A stretch of DNA of 39,574 nt from Hymenobacter sp. (GCA_031428075.1 JANPOR010000554.1:1-39574), one strand, 5' to 3'; positions 25,732 through 34,764 are shown, counted from the stretch's first letter. Notes: generated from the sequence alone by a model not told the origin. Made by a program: numbers and translations.

Positions 25732-26394
25732 ATGGATCAGGACCGCAAAGATTTTTTCTGGCCCAGCTACGTGGATCTGATGACGGCCCTGTTCTTGGTG
25801 ATGCTGGTGCTGTTTGTGCTCAGCTACAAGCGGTTTCAGGATAAGCAACGTACCAACGAAAACTTGATTGCTGAGCTGAAAGTGCAGGTGCAGGAAAAGC
25901 GTAAGCTCGACGAAATCAAGGCGGCCCTGCAACGGTTGGAAAGCGACTATTTCACCTACAACCAGCGCTACAAGCGCTACGAGCTGAACTCTGAAGTGAC
26001 CTTCGCGCCCAAGAGCGACGCGCTGCCCGCTGCTGCCCAGGGCCCCCTGGTGAAGGCCGGCCGCTTCTTGTTGAGCCAAATGAAAGATCTCAACAAAAAA
26101 GATAACGTGCAGTACCTTATCGTGGTGGAGGGCCGCGCCGCCAAGGACTTGCGCTTCCCCGACACCGATCCGCACAACCTCGACGGCCCCGGCGTACGGC
26201 AGCTTAGCTATAGCCGGGCACTGGCCGTGCTGCGGCTCTGGGAGCAAGCTGGCCTGCGCTTCCCGGCCAACTTAGAAGTGGTGGCGGCGGGCAGCGGCTT
26301 CCGGGGGGCCGGCCGTTACACGGGGGCCGACGAAGCCAAAAATAAGCGTTTCATCATCCAGATTCAGCCTAAAATCGGCTCCATCAGCAAATGA
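25732..26394 (+). CDS. ZorB/MotB-like protein with TM Asp and divergent OmpA-like C-terminal domain
   Basis: FWPSYVDLMTALFLVMLVLFVL (conserved Asp15), coiled coil, then VTFAP, VVEG, LSYSRALAV and NKRF of an OmpA_C-like fold. Starts immediately after the ZorA-like stop. Confidence 0.85.
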   Translation: MDQDRKDFFWPSYVDLMTALFLVMLVLFVLSYKRFQDKQRTNENLIAELKVQVQEKRKLDEIKAALQRLESDYFTYNQRYKRYELNSEVTFAPKSDALPAAAQGPLVKAGRFLLSQMKDLNKKDNVQYLIVVEGRAAKDLRFPDTDPHNLDGPGVRQLSYSRALAVLRLWEQAGLRFPANLEVVAAGSGFRGAGRYTGADEAKNKRFIIQIQPKIGSISK

Positions 26395-26398
26395 TAAC

Positions 26399-26572
26399 CT
26401 AGAGCGTGTTATGAACTTTCCAGCCACAGGAGACATATTCTTTGTTTTTTTCATGGTTATGGAATGACTTAACAATTCAACACATTGGCGAAAATGCCAT
26501 AGGGGGCTTCTTTTGGCGTTAGCAGAGTTGCCAACGCCGCTCTTTTGCCTTTAAGTCTATAACATGCCCTGG
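26399..26572. mobile_element. Degenerate MITE / IS remnant (IS5-like ends)
   Basis: Terminal inverted repeats CTAGAGCGTGTTATGAACTT vs reverse complement CCAGGGCATGTTATAGACTT (15/20); AT-rich interior with a small hairpin; no transposase. Confidence 0.55.
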
Positions 26573-26630
26573 AGGTAACAACCGGTTTGGGGGCCCTGCC
26601 GTAGCACTTCGACGTCCATCTCCCCGAAGT

Positions 26631-26744
26631 ATGAAATTAAACGAAATCATAGCTCGCCAAACCCGCATCGTGTACATCCTGATGGGGCTCACGGCCGCCG
26701 CGGGCTTTGTGTGGGCCCTGTGGAAGCACTGGTACCACGCTTGA
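26631..26744 (+). CDS. Small 37-aa single-TM protein
   Basis: MKLNEIIARQTRIVYILMGLTAAAGFVWALWKHWYHA, with host-like GC3 codon use; too short for the supplied ORF track. Confidence 0.5.
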   Translation: MKLNEIIARQTRIVYILMGLTAAAGFVWALWKHWYHA

Positions 26745-26756
26745 GCAGTACCGGCT

Positions 26757-27332
26757 CTAAAACTCGCTTTTGTCTTGCGTCGCGTTCGTCATGGCGACTT
26801 GCAAATAGGCCAGCATCGTCTTCACGTCGGCATCGGTGTTGCTACGCAGAGCGTTCCAATTCTTTTGCACCAAGGCGTTGGTGATGTCGTCAGCGTACGC
26901 TAGTGCAAGGTGCGGCTTTTCGTTTTCGAAAGGGCCCATTCCGTATTCACCGGCCGGTGTGGGGTGGGTATTGGCGAAGTTGGTGACTTCGTATTGGTAA
27001 ACCCCTTCCTTTATGGAAATGCTGAGCATGTGGCCTACGGGCCCGCAGTCGCGGCCGTTCACCAAGGCTTTGGTGTAGCCTTTTACCACGATTTTACTTT
27101 TCACCTTGTCCTGCACCTGCAGTGCGTCGCCATCCGCTTTGTACCGGCTCGCTGCCCAAGCGGAAGCGCGGGCGTACAATTCCCCTCGGGTGGCCCCGGG
27201 CACATTTACCACACCGGAATAAGTCACTAGGTGCGTAGCAGGGTCGAGGGGTAACGCGGGAGCGGCGGCCTGCTGGGCGTACGCGACCGGCGCGGCAAGC
27301 AGCAAAGTGAGCAGGAATAATAGTTTTTTCAT
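26757..27332 (-). CDS. Secreted DUF4468-like protein
   Basis: Signal peptide MKKLLFLL...AYA-Q; VTYSGVVNVPGATRGELYARASAW...QDK...IVVKG...IKEGVYQYEVT pattern. Confidence 0.75.
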   Translation of the reverse strand: MKKLLFLLTLLLAAPVAYAQQAAAPALPLDPATHLVTYSGVVNVPGATRGELYARASAWAASRYKADGDALQVQDKVKSKIVVKGYTKALVNGRDCGPVGHMLSISIKEGVYQYEVTNFANTHPTPAGEYGMGPFENEKPHLALAYADDITNALVQKNWNALRSNTDADVKTMLAYLQVAMTNATQDKSEF

Positions 27333-27602
27333 GTTTTTGATAAGATCTTAAAATGAATAATGGACTGATAAATAAAAACTTGTAAAACGCCGAGCGGCCC
27401 CGAAAGCCGGCGGATGTGTGGCAAGATTTGCGCGCAAAAATGACCATGCGCGGGCCCATTGGCCTAAGGGCAAAGGCATTGGGCCGATAATAAAATGATA
27501 GCAATCGGCAGGACCTAAACGAAGCTAGTGTAGGCGCTAAATTCCTGTTCCAACGGTACGGTAAACTATTTAAACTTAAAATACTGCTACAGGGTAAGGC
27601 AT

Positions 27603-27639
27603 AAAAAAAAGGCCCGCAGCGTGCTGCTGAGGGCCTTTC
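27603..27639 (-). terminator. Intrinsic terminator downstream of tRNA-Arg
   Basis: Minus strand GAAAGGCCCTCAGCAGCACGCTGCGGGCC-TTTTTTTT. Confidence 0.8.
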
Positions 27640-27640
27640 G

Positions 27641-27714
27641 TGGTCGTGTAAGGAGTCGAACCTTAAACCTTCTGATTCGTAGTCAGATGCTCTATCCAAT
27701 TGAGCTACACAACC
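27641..27714 (-). tRNA. tRNA-Arg(ACG)
   Basis: GGTTGTG-TA-GCTC-AATTGGATA-GAGC-A-TCTGA-CTACGAA-TCAGA-AGGTT-TAAGG-TTCGACT-CCTTA-CACGACC-A cloverleaf; CCA not encoded. Confidence 0.97.
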
Positions 27715-27733
27715 AATTGCTGTGTTTGAAGTG

Positions 27734-27741
27734 CAAAGGTA
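27734..27741 (-). promoter_or_regulatory. Bacteroidota -7 promoter element for tRNA-Arg
   Basis: TACCTTTG on the minus strand, 20 nt upstream of the tRNA 5' end, with TTG ~21 nt further upstream. Confidence 0.7.
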
Positions 27742-27811
27742 AGCCGGGTTTTTGGGGTGCGGCAAGTTTTGTTCCCATTTTTTTAGTGAGCAAAGGCAAA
27801 CCAGTTCATAA

Positions 27812-28537
27812 TCAGGACGACATTTTTGCGTCGTTGCCGGAACCGGCTTGCAGGGCGCGCTTCAGGGCTCGGTTGAAAACGAAAAACAGCCCGAATAGTG
27901 AGGCGGCCACCAACCCCAACAACACGAGCTTACTAAGGGCCCCTTGGTCGGGGTCGCGGAGCAAGGCCAGCACATCGGAGGCTTGGGTACCGAGCCAGTA
28001 AAAAAACAGGCTGCGCGGCAGCATGCCCAGTACCGAGGCGGCCAAGAAGCGGCGGCGCTGCACGCCCACCATCGCCAACACAAACGTCATGAGAGCAAAC
28101 GGCAGCACTGGCGAGAGGCGTGTGAGCACGATGAGCGACCAGCTCTGGGTCTGCAGTTCGTCGACCACGGCCCCCGCTTTTGGAAAGAGGTGCAGGAACT
28201 GGCGCAGCTTGCCGTGGTCGAGGCGGCCGGCCAGCTCATAGCCGATGGCCGCAGCCACGGCGTAGGCCACCACCATGCCCGGCAGCCCAGCCCAGCCAAA
28301 ATAATACCCCGTGGCGATGGCCACGAACGTGGTGGGCGTGAGGGCCAAGGCCATGGTAACAGCCGTAAGGGCGAAGTACAGCAGCGCTGGCCCCAGGCGC
28401 AGGTTTTGCAGCAGGTGCTGGTGCCGGTAGAGCAGCAGCGCCACCGACGAGGAGCCCAGCAGCGGCACCGCCACCAACAGAAACATGGTGAGCAGGGTGG
28501 AAAAGTTCTTTTGGAAAATCGTGCGCAAAAATGCCAT
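27812..28537 (-). CDS. TVP38/TMEM64 (VTT, DedA-superfamily) membrane protein
   Basis: Multiple TM helices; LTRLSPVLPFALMTFVLA...RRFLAASVLGMLP motif. Confidence 0.88.
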   Translation of the reverse strand: MAFLRTIFQKNFSTLLTMFLLVAVPLLGSSSVALLLYRHQHLLQNLRLGPALLYFALTAVTMALALTPTTFVAIATGYYFGWAGLPGMVVAYAVAAAIGYELAGRLDHGKLRQFLHLFPKAGAVVDELQTQSWSLIVLTRLSPVLPFALMTFVLAMVGVQRRRFLAASVLGMLPRSLFFYWLGTQASDVLALLRDPDQGALSKLVLLGLVAASLFGLFFVFNRALKRALQAGSGNDAKMSS

Positions 28538-28606
28538 TGGGACAGGAAAGGGAGGCCGCCGCTTAGCGCGGAGCCTCGGATACACAGGGACCCGGCGGAC
28601 GCCCGT

Positions 28607-28614
28607 TACCTTTG
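28607..28614 (+). promoter_or_regulatory. Bacteroidota -7 promoter element
   Basis: TACCTTTG ~70 nt upstream of the ATG at 28686. Confidence 0.6.
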
Positions 28615-28685
28615 CGCCACGGCAATGCCCATGCATAGATACGGGCCGCCGTGCCATCCGTCCCAACCGTCAGCCCCTGCGGCCC

Positions 28686-29825
28686 ATGAAATTCGCGACC
28701 AAAGCCATCCACGCCGGCGTTCACCCCGACCCCGAGACCGGGGCCATCATGACGCCCATTTACCAAACCTCGACCTACGCCCAACGCTCGCCCGGCGACA
28801 ACCGCGGCTACGAGTACTCGCGCACCCACAACCCCACTCGCACGCAACTGCAAGACGCACTGGCGGCCTTGGACAATGGCCGGCACGGGCTGGCCTTCGC
28901 CTCGGGTATGGCGGCCATCGACTGTGTGATGAAGCTGCTCAAGCCGGGCGATGAGGTGATTTCGACCGATGATTTGTATGGCGGCAGTTACCGGCTGTTC
29001 ACGAAAGTGTATGAGCCGCTGGGCATCAAGTGCCGCTTTGTGCCGATGCGCGATCTGGCCGCCGTGCGCGCCGCCATCAGCCCCAACACCAAGCTTATAT
29101 GGGTGGAAACGCCCACCAACCCGCTGCTCAACGTTATTGACATCGTCGGTGTGGCTGCCATCGCCAAGGAAGCTGGGGCCCTGCTGGCCGTGGACAACAC
29201 GTTCTCAACGCCTTACTTGCAATTGCCTTTGGATTTAGGGGCCGACATCTCGGTGTACTCGCTCACTAAGTACATGGCCGGCCACTCCGATACGGTGATG
29301 GGGGCCCTGGTCTTCAATGATGACACATTATTGGAGCGCCTGAGCTTCTACCAGAACGCCTGCGGCGGTACGCCGGGGCCCCAGGACTGCTTCTTGGTGC
29401 TGCGCGGCCTCAAAACCCTGCACCTCCGCATGCAGCGTCACTGCGAAAATGGCCGCGCTGTGGCTGAGTACTTGCGCCAAAACCCGAAAGTGGAGCACGT
29501 GTACTGGCCCGGCTTCGAAAATCATCCCAACCACGCCGTAGCCGCCAAGCAGATGAGCGACTTCGGAGGAATGATCTCCTTCGTGCTGAAAGGCGATAAA
29601 AAGGAGGATGCCATTGCCGTGCTGGAGAAATTTAAGCTCTTCACCCTGGCCGAAAGCCTGGGCGGCGTGGAAAGCCTCAGCGGACACCCCGCCACCATGA
29701 CGCACGCCAGTATCCCGCCCGAGCAGCGCCGCAAGGCCGGCCTCAGCGACTCGCTCATCCGCCTGAGCGTGGGTATCGAAGACGCCGAGGATTTGATTGA
29801 GGATTTGGCCCAGGCGATAGGGTAG
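28686..29825 (+). CDS. Cystathionine gamma-synthase / gamma-lyase (PLP-dependent trans-sulfuration enzyme)
   Basis: PIYQTSTY, YEYSRTHNPTR, FASGMAA, ETPTNP, DNTF, SLTKY (PLP Lys), LAESLGGVESL, RLSVGIED. Confidence 0.95.
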   Translation: MKFATKAIHAGVHPDPETGAIMTPIYQTSTYAQRSPGDNRGYEYSRTHNPTRTQLQDALAALDNGRHGLAFASGMAAIDCVMKLLKPGDEVISTDDLYGGSYRLFTKVYEPLGIKCRFVPMRDLAAVRAAISPNTKLIWVETPTNPLLNVIDIVGVAAIAKEAGALLAVDNTFSTPYLQLPLDLGADISVYSLTKYMAGHSDTVMGALVFNDDTLLERLSFYQNACGGTPGPQDCFLVLRGLKTLHLRMQRHCENGRAVAEYLRQNPKVEHVYWPGFENHPNHAVAAKQMSDFGGMISFVLKGDKKEDAIAVLEKFKLFTLAESLGGVESLSGHPATMTHASIPPEQRRKAGLSDSLIRLSVGIEDAEDLIEDLAQAIG

Positions 29826-29831
29826 GGGCCC

Positions 29832-30676
29832 GTGGAGCGTCCATTTGTCCTGCTGCCCATCGGCGTACTGCCGCTGTTTCCGGTACTCGACCGGCTGCTA
29901 CTGGAGTTGTTGCGCGGCTTGACGCCCGCTGACTGGCAGCGCCCCGCCCCGCGCCCGTCAGTGGGCGGTAAAAGACATAGCCGTCCACCTGCTCGACGGC
30001 AACCTGCGTACCCTTTCGATGCGGCGCGATGGCTACTACGGCGAGCCGCCGGGCGAAACAGCTTCCTGTGTGCAGCTGATGGCCTACCTCAATCAGTTGA
30101 ATGCCGAGTGGATGACGGCCGCCCGCCGCCTGAGCCCAGCAGTGCTGACGGAACAACTGGCGACTTCTGGGGGCAAATACACGCAGTTTCTGGCCACACT
30201 CGACCCCTGGGCCCCGGCTACCTTTGCCGTGGGCTGGGCCGGCGAAAGCGAGTCGCAGAATTGGTTCCACATTGCCCGCGACTACACCGAGAAGTGGCAC
30301 CATCAGCAGCAAATCCGCGAAGCCGTGGGCTAGCCGGAGCCGCTGCTGACCCCGGCGCTGTTTCGTCCTTTTTTCGAAACCGTGGTGCGGGTCCTGCCGC
30401 ACGTCTACCGGGCGGTGGGGGGGCACGGGTACCGTGGTGCAGCTGCACGTGAGCACCGCCAGCGGCAGCATGTGGCAACTGAAAAAGGGCCCCACTGCCC
30501 GGCACTTGCGCCTCGCCACCGCCATGCCGGCCGCCAAGGTCGTGCTGGACCCTGCCACAGCCTGGCAGCTTTTCACCAGAGACCTAGCCCCGAACGAGGC
30601 CCGCTGTCTGGTCGAGGTGGTTAGTGATAAGTGCCTTACGATGCCGGTATTGCAATTGGTGGCCGTCATGGCCTGA
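29832..30676 (+). pseudogene. Disrupted maleylpyruvate-isomerase N-terminal (MDMPI/DinB-like) family gene
   Basis: The pieces join into one protein (LLRGLTPADWQRP / WAVKDIAVHLLDG / TEKWHHQQQIREAV / LPHVYR / LDPATAWQLFTR) across a frameshift at ~29945-29953, an in-frame TAG at 30331-30333 and a frameshift at the G7 run 30417-30423. Confidence 0.8.
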
Positions 30677-30748
30677 TGGCTTGGTCCCCGCTGCAAACCC
30701 TATCGGGCCCGTGTGGCGTGGGTGCAAGGCCCGACCGCCTTTACTCTT

Positions 30749-31456
30749 GTGCGTTTTATTTTCCTGTTTGCTGTATTTCTGGCCGCCTGCGCCACCAAAA
30801 TCACCGTTGCTCCCGTGTCTATTCCTGTTCTTACGCCTGCGCCCGCTAGCCCTGTGCCCGGGTCTTACTTGGCCCTAGGCGATTCGTACACCATCGGCGA
30901 AGGCGTGGCCGAGGCCGACCGCTGGCCCGTGCAGCTGGCCCGGCTCGCGCAGCAAAGCGGCTCGGCCTTGCTGGCACCCGAGATTATTGCCTGCACCGGC
31001 TGGACCACCGCCGAGCTGCAAGACGCTATCCAATCGGCCCACAACCAGAAAACCTACGACCTGGTGTCGCCGCTGATTGGCGTCAACAACCAGTACCGGG
31101 ACGAGGACCCAGCCATCTACCGCGCCGAGTTCCGGCTGCTGCTGGCCACGGCGGTACGGTTTGCCGGAGCGCGGCCCGGTCGGGTGGTGGTGCTCTCAAT
31201 TCCGGACTGGGGCCAGTCGCCCTTTGCTCAAGGCCGCGACCAAGCCCAGATTGGCCGCGAAATCGACCAGTTTAACGCCGTGGCCCAGGATGAGTGCCGC
31301 CAAGCCGGCATTGCCTTCGTCGACATCACCCCTCTGACCCGCGCCGCCGCCGGCGACTGCACCCAATTTACCGTGGATGGCCTGCACTACACTGGGACCC
31401 AAATGCGGCTCTGGGCTCAGCAGGCCCTGCCCGTGGTGCAAGGCCTGCTGAAGTAA
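30749..31456 (+). CDS. SGNH/GDSL hydrolase family lipoprotein
   Basis: YLALGDSYT (block I), GWTT, GVNN (block III), DGLH (block V). GTG at 30749 gives lipobox LAAC; the start is uncertain. Confidence 0.88.
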   Translation: MRFIFLFAVFLAACATKITVAPVSIPVLTPAPASPVPGSYLALGDSYTIGEGVAEADRWPVQLARLAQQSGSALLAPEIIACTGWTTAELQDAIQSAHNQKTYDLVSPLIGVNNQYRDEDPAIYRAEFRLLLATAVRFAGARPGRVVVLSIPDWGQSPFAQGRDQAQIGREIDQFNAVAQDECRQAGIAFVDITPLTRAAAGDCTQFTVDGLHYTGTQMRLWAQQALPVVQGLLK

Positions 31457-31811
31457 CCCGGGCAAAACGGGGATATTCACGCCCCAATGCGTTGCGCCTG
31501 GCCTGCCACTTTTGGCGGCCGCGCTGCCTGCGGCGGGAAAACAATTGCGGAAAGCAAACTGTATATCCTGTCCTTGCGAGGGTACAACGAAGAGATTCAT
31601 GCATTATTCATTGGTTGGTTTCTGGTGTTGTTGCTGCCTCTGGAGTAGCTCTTATCATGGCTAAGCTGGCGGGAGCCGCTACCACAGCCCACAAATTTTT
31701 ATATTTTAGAGGGAAGAATTGTCGCGCTACGCGCCAACGCATGCCCGTCGGGCCCCGGCGGAGCATCAGCTTTTGAGACCCCCTTTTCATTTTTTTACTA
31801 AATCTTTTTGC

Positions 31812-34682
31812 ATGAAAAATATTGTACGCTTGTGGCTGCTCGTCTTACTGGGGCTGCCCGTTCTGACTCAGGCCCAAAATATTGCCGTTACCGGCCGCGT
31901 GCTAGGGGCCCAGGGTGAGGCCCTGCCCGGTGCGACCGTACTGGAGCGCGGTACCACCAACGGTACCGCTACTAACGCCGAAGGCTACTTCACACTCAGC
32001 GTGGCCCCCGCAGCCACGCTCACCGTGCAGGCCATCGGCTTCGCGACCCAGCAGATTCTGCTCAACGGCCGCACCCGCGTGGACGTACGTCTGGTGACCG
32101 CCGCTACCGACCTCAACGAGGTGGTTGTCACCGGCTCACGTGCTGCCGAGGGGCGCTCCAACATCCTCACCACGGCCCCGGTAGACGTGATTTCAGCCCG
32201 TGAAATCAGGGCCTTTGCCCAAACTGATGTGAGCCAAGTGCTTACCTACGTGGCTCCGTCGTTCCAGTCGTCGCGCCAATCCATTTCCGACGGTACCGAC
32301 TTTGTGGATCCCGCCAGCTTGCGCGGCCTAGGCCCCGACCAGGTGCTAGTGCTTGTGAACGGCAAACGCCGGCATAACTCATCGCTGGTCAACATCAACG
32401 GCACGGTGGGCCGCGGCTCGGTGGGTACCGATTTGAACGTGATTCCGACGGCCAGCATCAAGCGCATCGAGGTGCTACGCGACGGCGCGGCGGCCCTTTA
32501 CGGCTCCGATGCCATTGCTGGCGTTATCAACATCCAGCTCAAAGACGACTCGACTGGCGTGAGCAGCAGCGCCCTCTACGGCCAAACTACCGAGAGCGAC
32601 GGCAAAACCGAGCAGGTCGACATTAACGTGGGCATCGGGCTGAACAAGCACGGTTTCCTGGACCTGAGCGGCCAATTCCTGAACCGTGGCTTCACCAACC
32701 GCGCCTTCGCCGACAGGGCCCCGCTGATTTACCTGGGTAACAACGGCGGCAACTACCCCAGTATGCCCAATCCCGCCTACGACCCGGCGATGCCAACCTC
32801 GGGAACTAATCCCACCACGGTGCCCCTCGATGAGTCCGGACGCCGCAGCATCAAGGCGCAGGACGACGCTCTGGTAAACTCCAATGGGTTTAATCGCAAC
32901 GACTTGCGCGTGGGCCAGTCGGCGTCGCGCAACTACGGCGGCTTCTTAAACGGCGCCTACCGCTTGGGTTTGGGCTACGAGGTGTACGTTTCGGGCGGGG
33001 CCTCGTACCGCCAGGGACGCGGCTCGGGCTTCAACCGCCTGCCTAACCAGGCCACCCAGAGCGATTTGACCCTCTTTCCGAACGGCTTCCTGCCTTTCAT
33101 AAATACTACCATTTATGACCAGTCGGCCATTGTGGGCCTGCGCAAAACATTGGGCGGCTTCGCGGCTGACTTGAGCAATACCTTTGGCCGCAATGAGTTG
33201 CGTTACGATATTGATGGTTCGGTGAATGCTTCACTAACGCAGAACCCACTCAACCCGACTAGCTTTTACGCTGGGCGGCTAGCCTTTCTGCAGAATACGA
33301 CCGACCTGGGCTTGTCGCGCCATTTCGATAACGTGGGGCCCCTGGCTACCCTCAACGTAGCCTTTGGGGGTGAATTTCGGATAGATAATTTTTTGATTGG
33401 CAAGGGCGAATACGCTTCGTATATCAACGGCGGGCGCACCGTGAAAGGCGGCCCCACCGCTTCGGGCTCGCAAGTATTTCCCGGCTACCAGCCGCAAGAC
33501 GAAGTGAACAAGTCGCGTACCAACGTGGCCGGCTATGTCGATTTAGAAAGCGACGTAACCGACAAGCTGCTATTGCACCTGGCCGGCCGCGCCGAAAACT
33601 ACAGTGACTTTGGCAGCAATGTGAGCGGCCAGGCGGCAGCCCGCTATAGCTTATTCGATGCACTGGCCCTGCGAGCCTCCGCCGGCAACGGTTTCCGGGC
33701 CCCGTCGTTGCAACAGCGTTACTTCACCAACACCAGCACGCAGTTTGTGAGCGGAGTGGCCAACCAAGTGCTAACCGTAAACAACGACAACGCCATCGTG
33801 CGCAACGCGTACTCCGCTACCCCGCAGCTGGGGGTGCAGCAAGGGTTTGGGGTGGAGCCGCTGAAGCAAGAAAAATCGAATAACTATAGCGTCGGCCTCA
33901 CCTCGCGGGTGGGCGGCCTCACGTTCACCGCCGATGCGTACCAGATTGATATCCACGACCGGATTGTGCTCTCTTCGCAGTTTACCCGCTCCAACCCGAC
34001 GGTCAGTAGCATCCTGGGCACGTTGCCCGTGAGCCGGGTGCAATTCTTTGCCAACGCCGTGAACACGCGCACCCAAGGCATCGATATCGTGCTGAACGAC
34101 CGAATTCCGCTGGGCGACAAGAGCCGCCTGGGCCTGACGGCCTCTGCTAACTTCAACACCACCAAGGTGCGCAGCTTCAACAGTTCGTCGGCCACCATCA
34201 ACAACGACCAGACCGCTGGCAACGCCAACCTGCAAAACACGCTCTTTGACCGCTCCCAGCGCACGCGCCTGGAATCGGGCAACCCGCGCAGTAAAATCAA
34301 CCTTTCGGCCAACTACACCTACGGCATCTTCGGCATCGAGGCCCGCAGCGTGCGCTTCGGCGAGGTGAAAACGGCCGACGCCGACCCGGCCCGCGCCAAC
34401 CTGGACCAAACTTACTCGGCCAAGTGGATTTCTGACCTCACGCTGAGCGCCCAAGTCACGAAACAAATCGGCTTCATTGTCGGCGTTAATAACCTGTTCA
34501 ATGTTTATCCCGACAAGATTTATGTGAACCCGCGCAACGACCCGAACAATTTTTCGGCCGACCCCGCCACGAGCTACAGCTCATCGCTCGACAACTCAAA
34601 CCGCGGCCGTTTCCTTTATAATGCCAACCAGTTCGGCTTCAATGGGGCCTACTACTTCGGCCGCGTGAATATCACGCTGTAG
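31812..34682 (+). CDS. TonB-dependent receptor with N-terminal carboxypeptidase-regulatory-like domain
   Basis: Signal peptide; GRVL...LPGATV...GT-TN-EGYF; EVVVTG; plug motifs LRGLGPDQVLVLVNGKR and IEVLRDGAAALYGSDAIAGVINI; barrel GFRAPSL and GVNNLFN; no SusD partner. Confidence 0.93.
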   Translation: MKNIVRLWLLVLLGLPVLTQAQNIAVTGRVLGAQGEALPGATVLERGTTNGTATNAEGYFTLSVAPAATLTVQAIGFATQQILLNGRTRVDVRLVTAATDLNEVVVTGSRAAEGRSNILTTAPVDVISAREIRAFAQTDVSQVLTYVAPSFQSSRQSISDGTDFVDPASLRGLGPDQVLVLVNGKRRHNSSLVNINGTVGRGSVGTDLNVIPTASIKRIEVLRDGAAALYGSDAIAGVINIQLKDDSTGVSSSALYGQTTESDGKTEQVDINVGIGLNKHGFLDLSGQFLNRGFTNRAFADRAPLIYLGNNGGNYPSMPNPAYDPAMPTSGTNPTTVPLDESGRRSIKAQDDALVNSNGFNRNDLRVGQSASRNYGGFLNGAYRLGLGYEVYVSGGASYRQGRGSGFNRLPNQATQSDLTLFPNGFLPFINTTIYDQSAIVGLRKTLGGFAADLSNTFGRNELRYDIDGSVNASLTQNPLNPTSFYAGRLAFLQNTTDLGLSRHFDNVGPLATLNVAFGGEFRIDNFLIGKGEYASYINGGRTVKGGPTASGSQVFPGYQPQDEVNKSRTNVAGYVDLESDVTDKLLLHLAGRAENYSDFGSNVSGQAAARYSLFDALALRASAGNGFRAPSLQQRYFTNTSTQFVSGVANQVLTVNNDNAIVRNAYSATPQLGVQQGFGVEPLKQEKSNNYSVGLTSRVGGLTFTADAYQIDIHDRIVLSSQFTRSNPTVSSILGTLPVSRVQFFANAVNTRTQGIDIVLNDRIPLGDKSRLGLTASANFNTTKVRSFNSSSATINNDQTAGNANLQNTLFDRSQRTRLESGNPRSKINLSANYTYGIFGIEARSVRFGEVKTADADPARANLDQTYSAKWISDLTLSAQVTKQIGFIVGVNNLFNVYPDKIYVNPRNDPNNFSADPATSYSSSLDNSNRGRFLYNANQFGFNGAYYFGRVNITL

Positions 34683-34715
34683 ACTGGAAGTTCTACCACT
34701 CAGTCAGTTCGCATA

Positions 34716-34764
34716 GACCATTAAAAAGACCAGTTCCAATGCGGAGCTGGTCTTTTTAATGGTC
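34716..34764. terminator. Long bidirectional terminator hairpin
   Basis: GACCATTAAAAAGACCAGTTCC-AATGC-GGAGCTGGTCTTTTTAATGGTC, 22-bp stem between convergent genes. Confidence 0.85.

Noticed and set aside
24289-26394. Calling the pair canonical Zorya, flagellar MotAB or ExbBD/TolQR
   Set aside because: No ZorC/D/E-like genes, no flagellar context, and the long tail plus OmpA-like domain do not fit ExbBD/TolQR; kept as ZorAB-like only.
16100-27714. Operon as an integrative island inserted at tRNA-Arg
   Set aside because: No integrase, no duplicate of the tRNA 3' end near 16100-16250, and base composition looks host-like; proximity to the tRNA alone is insufficient.
31457-31811. Riboswitch (SAM-I or cobalamin) upstream of the TonB-dependent receptor
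   Set aside because: CTTATC and GCCACT fragments occur, but the remaining conserved cores and pairing partners are missing.
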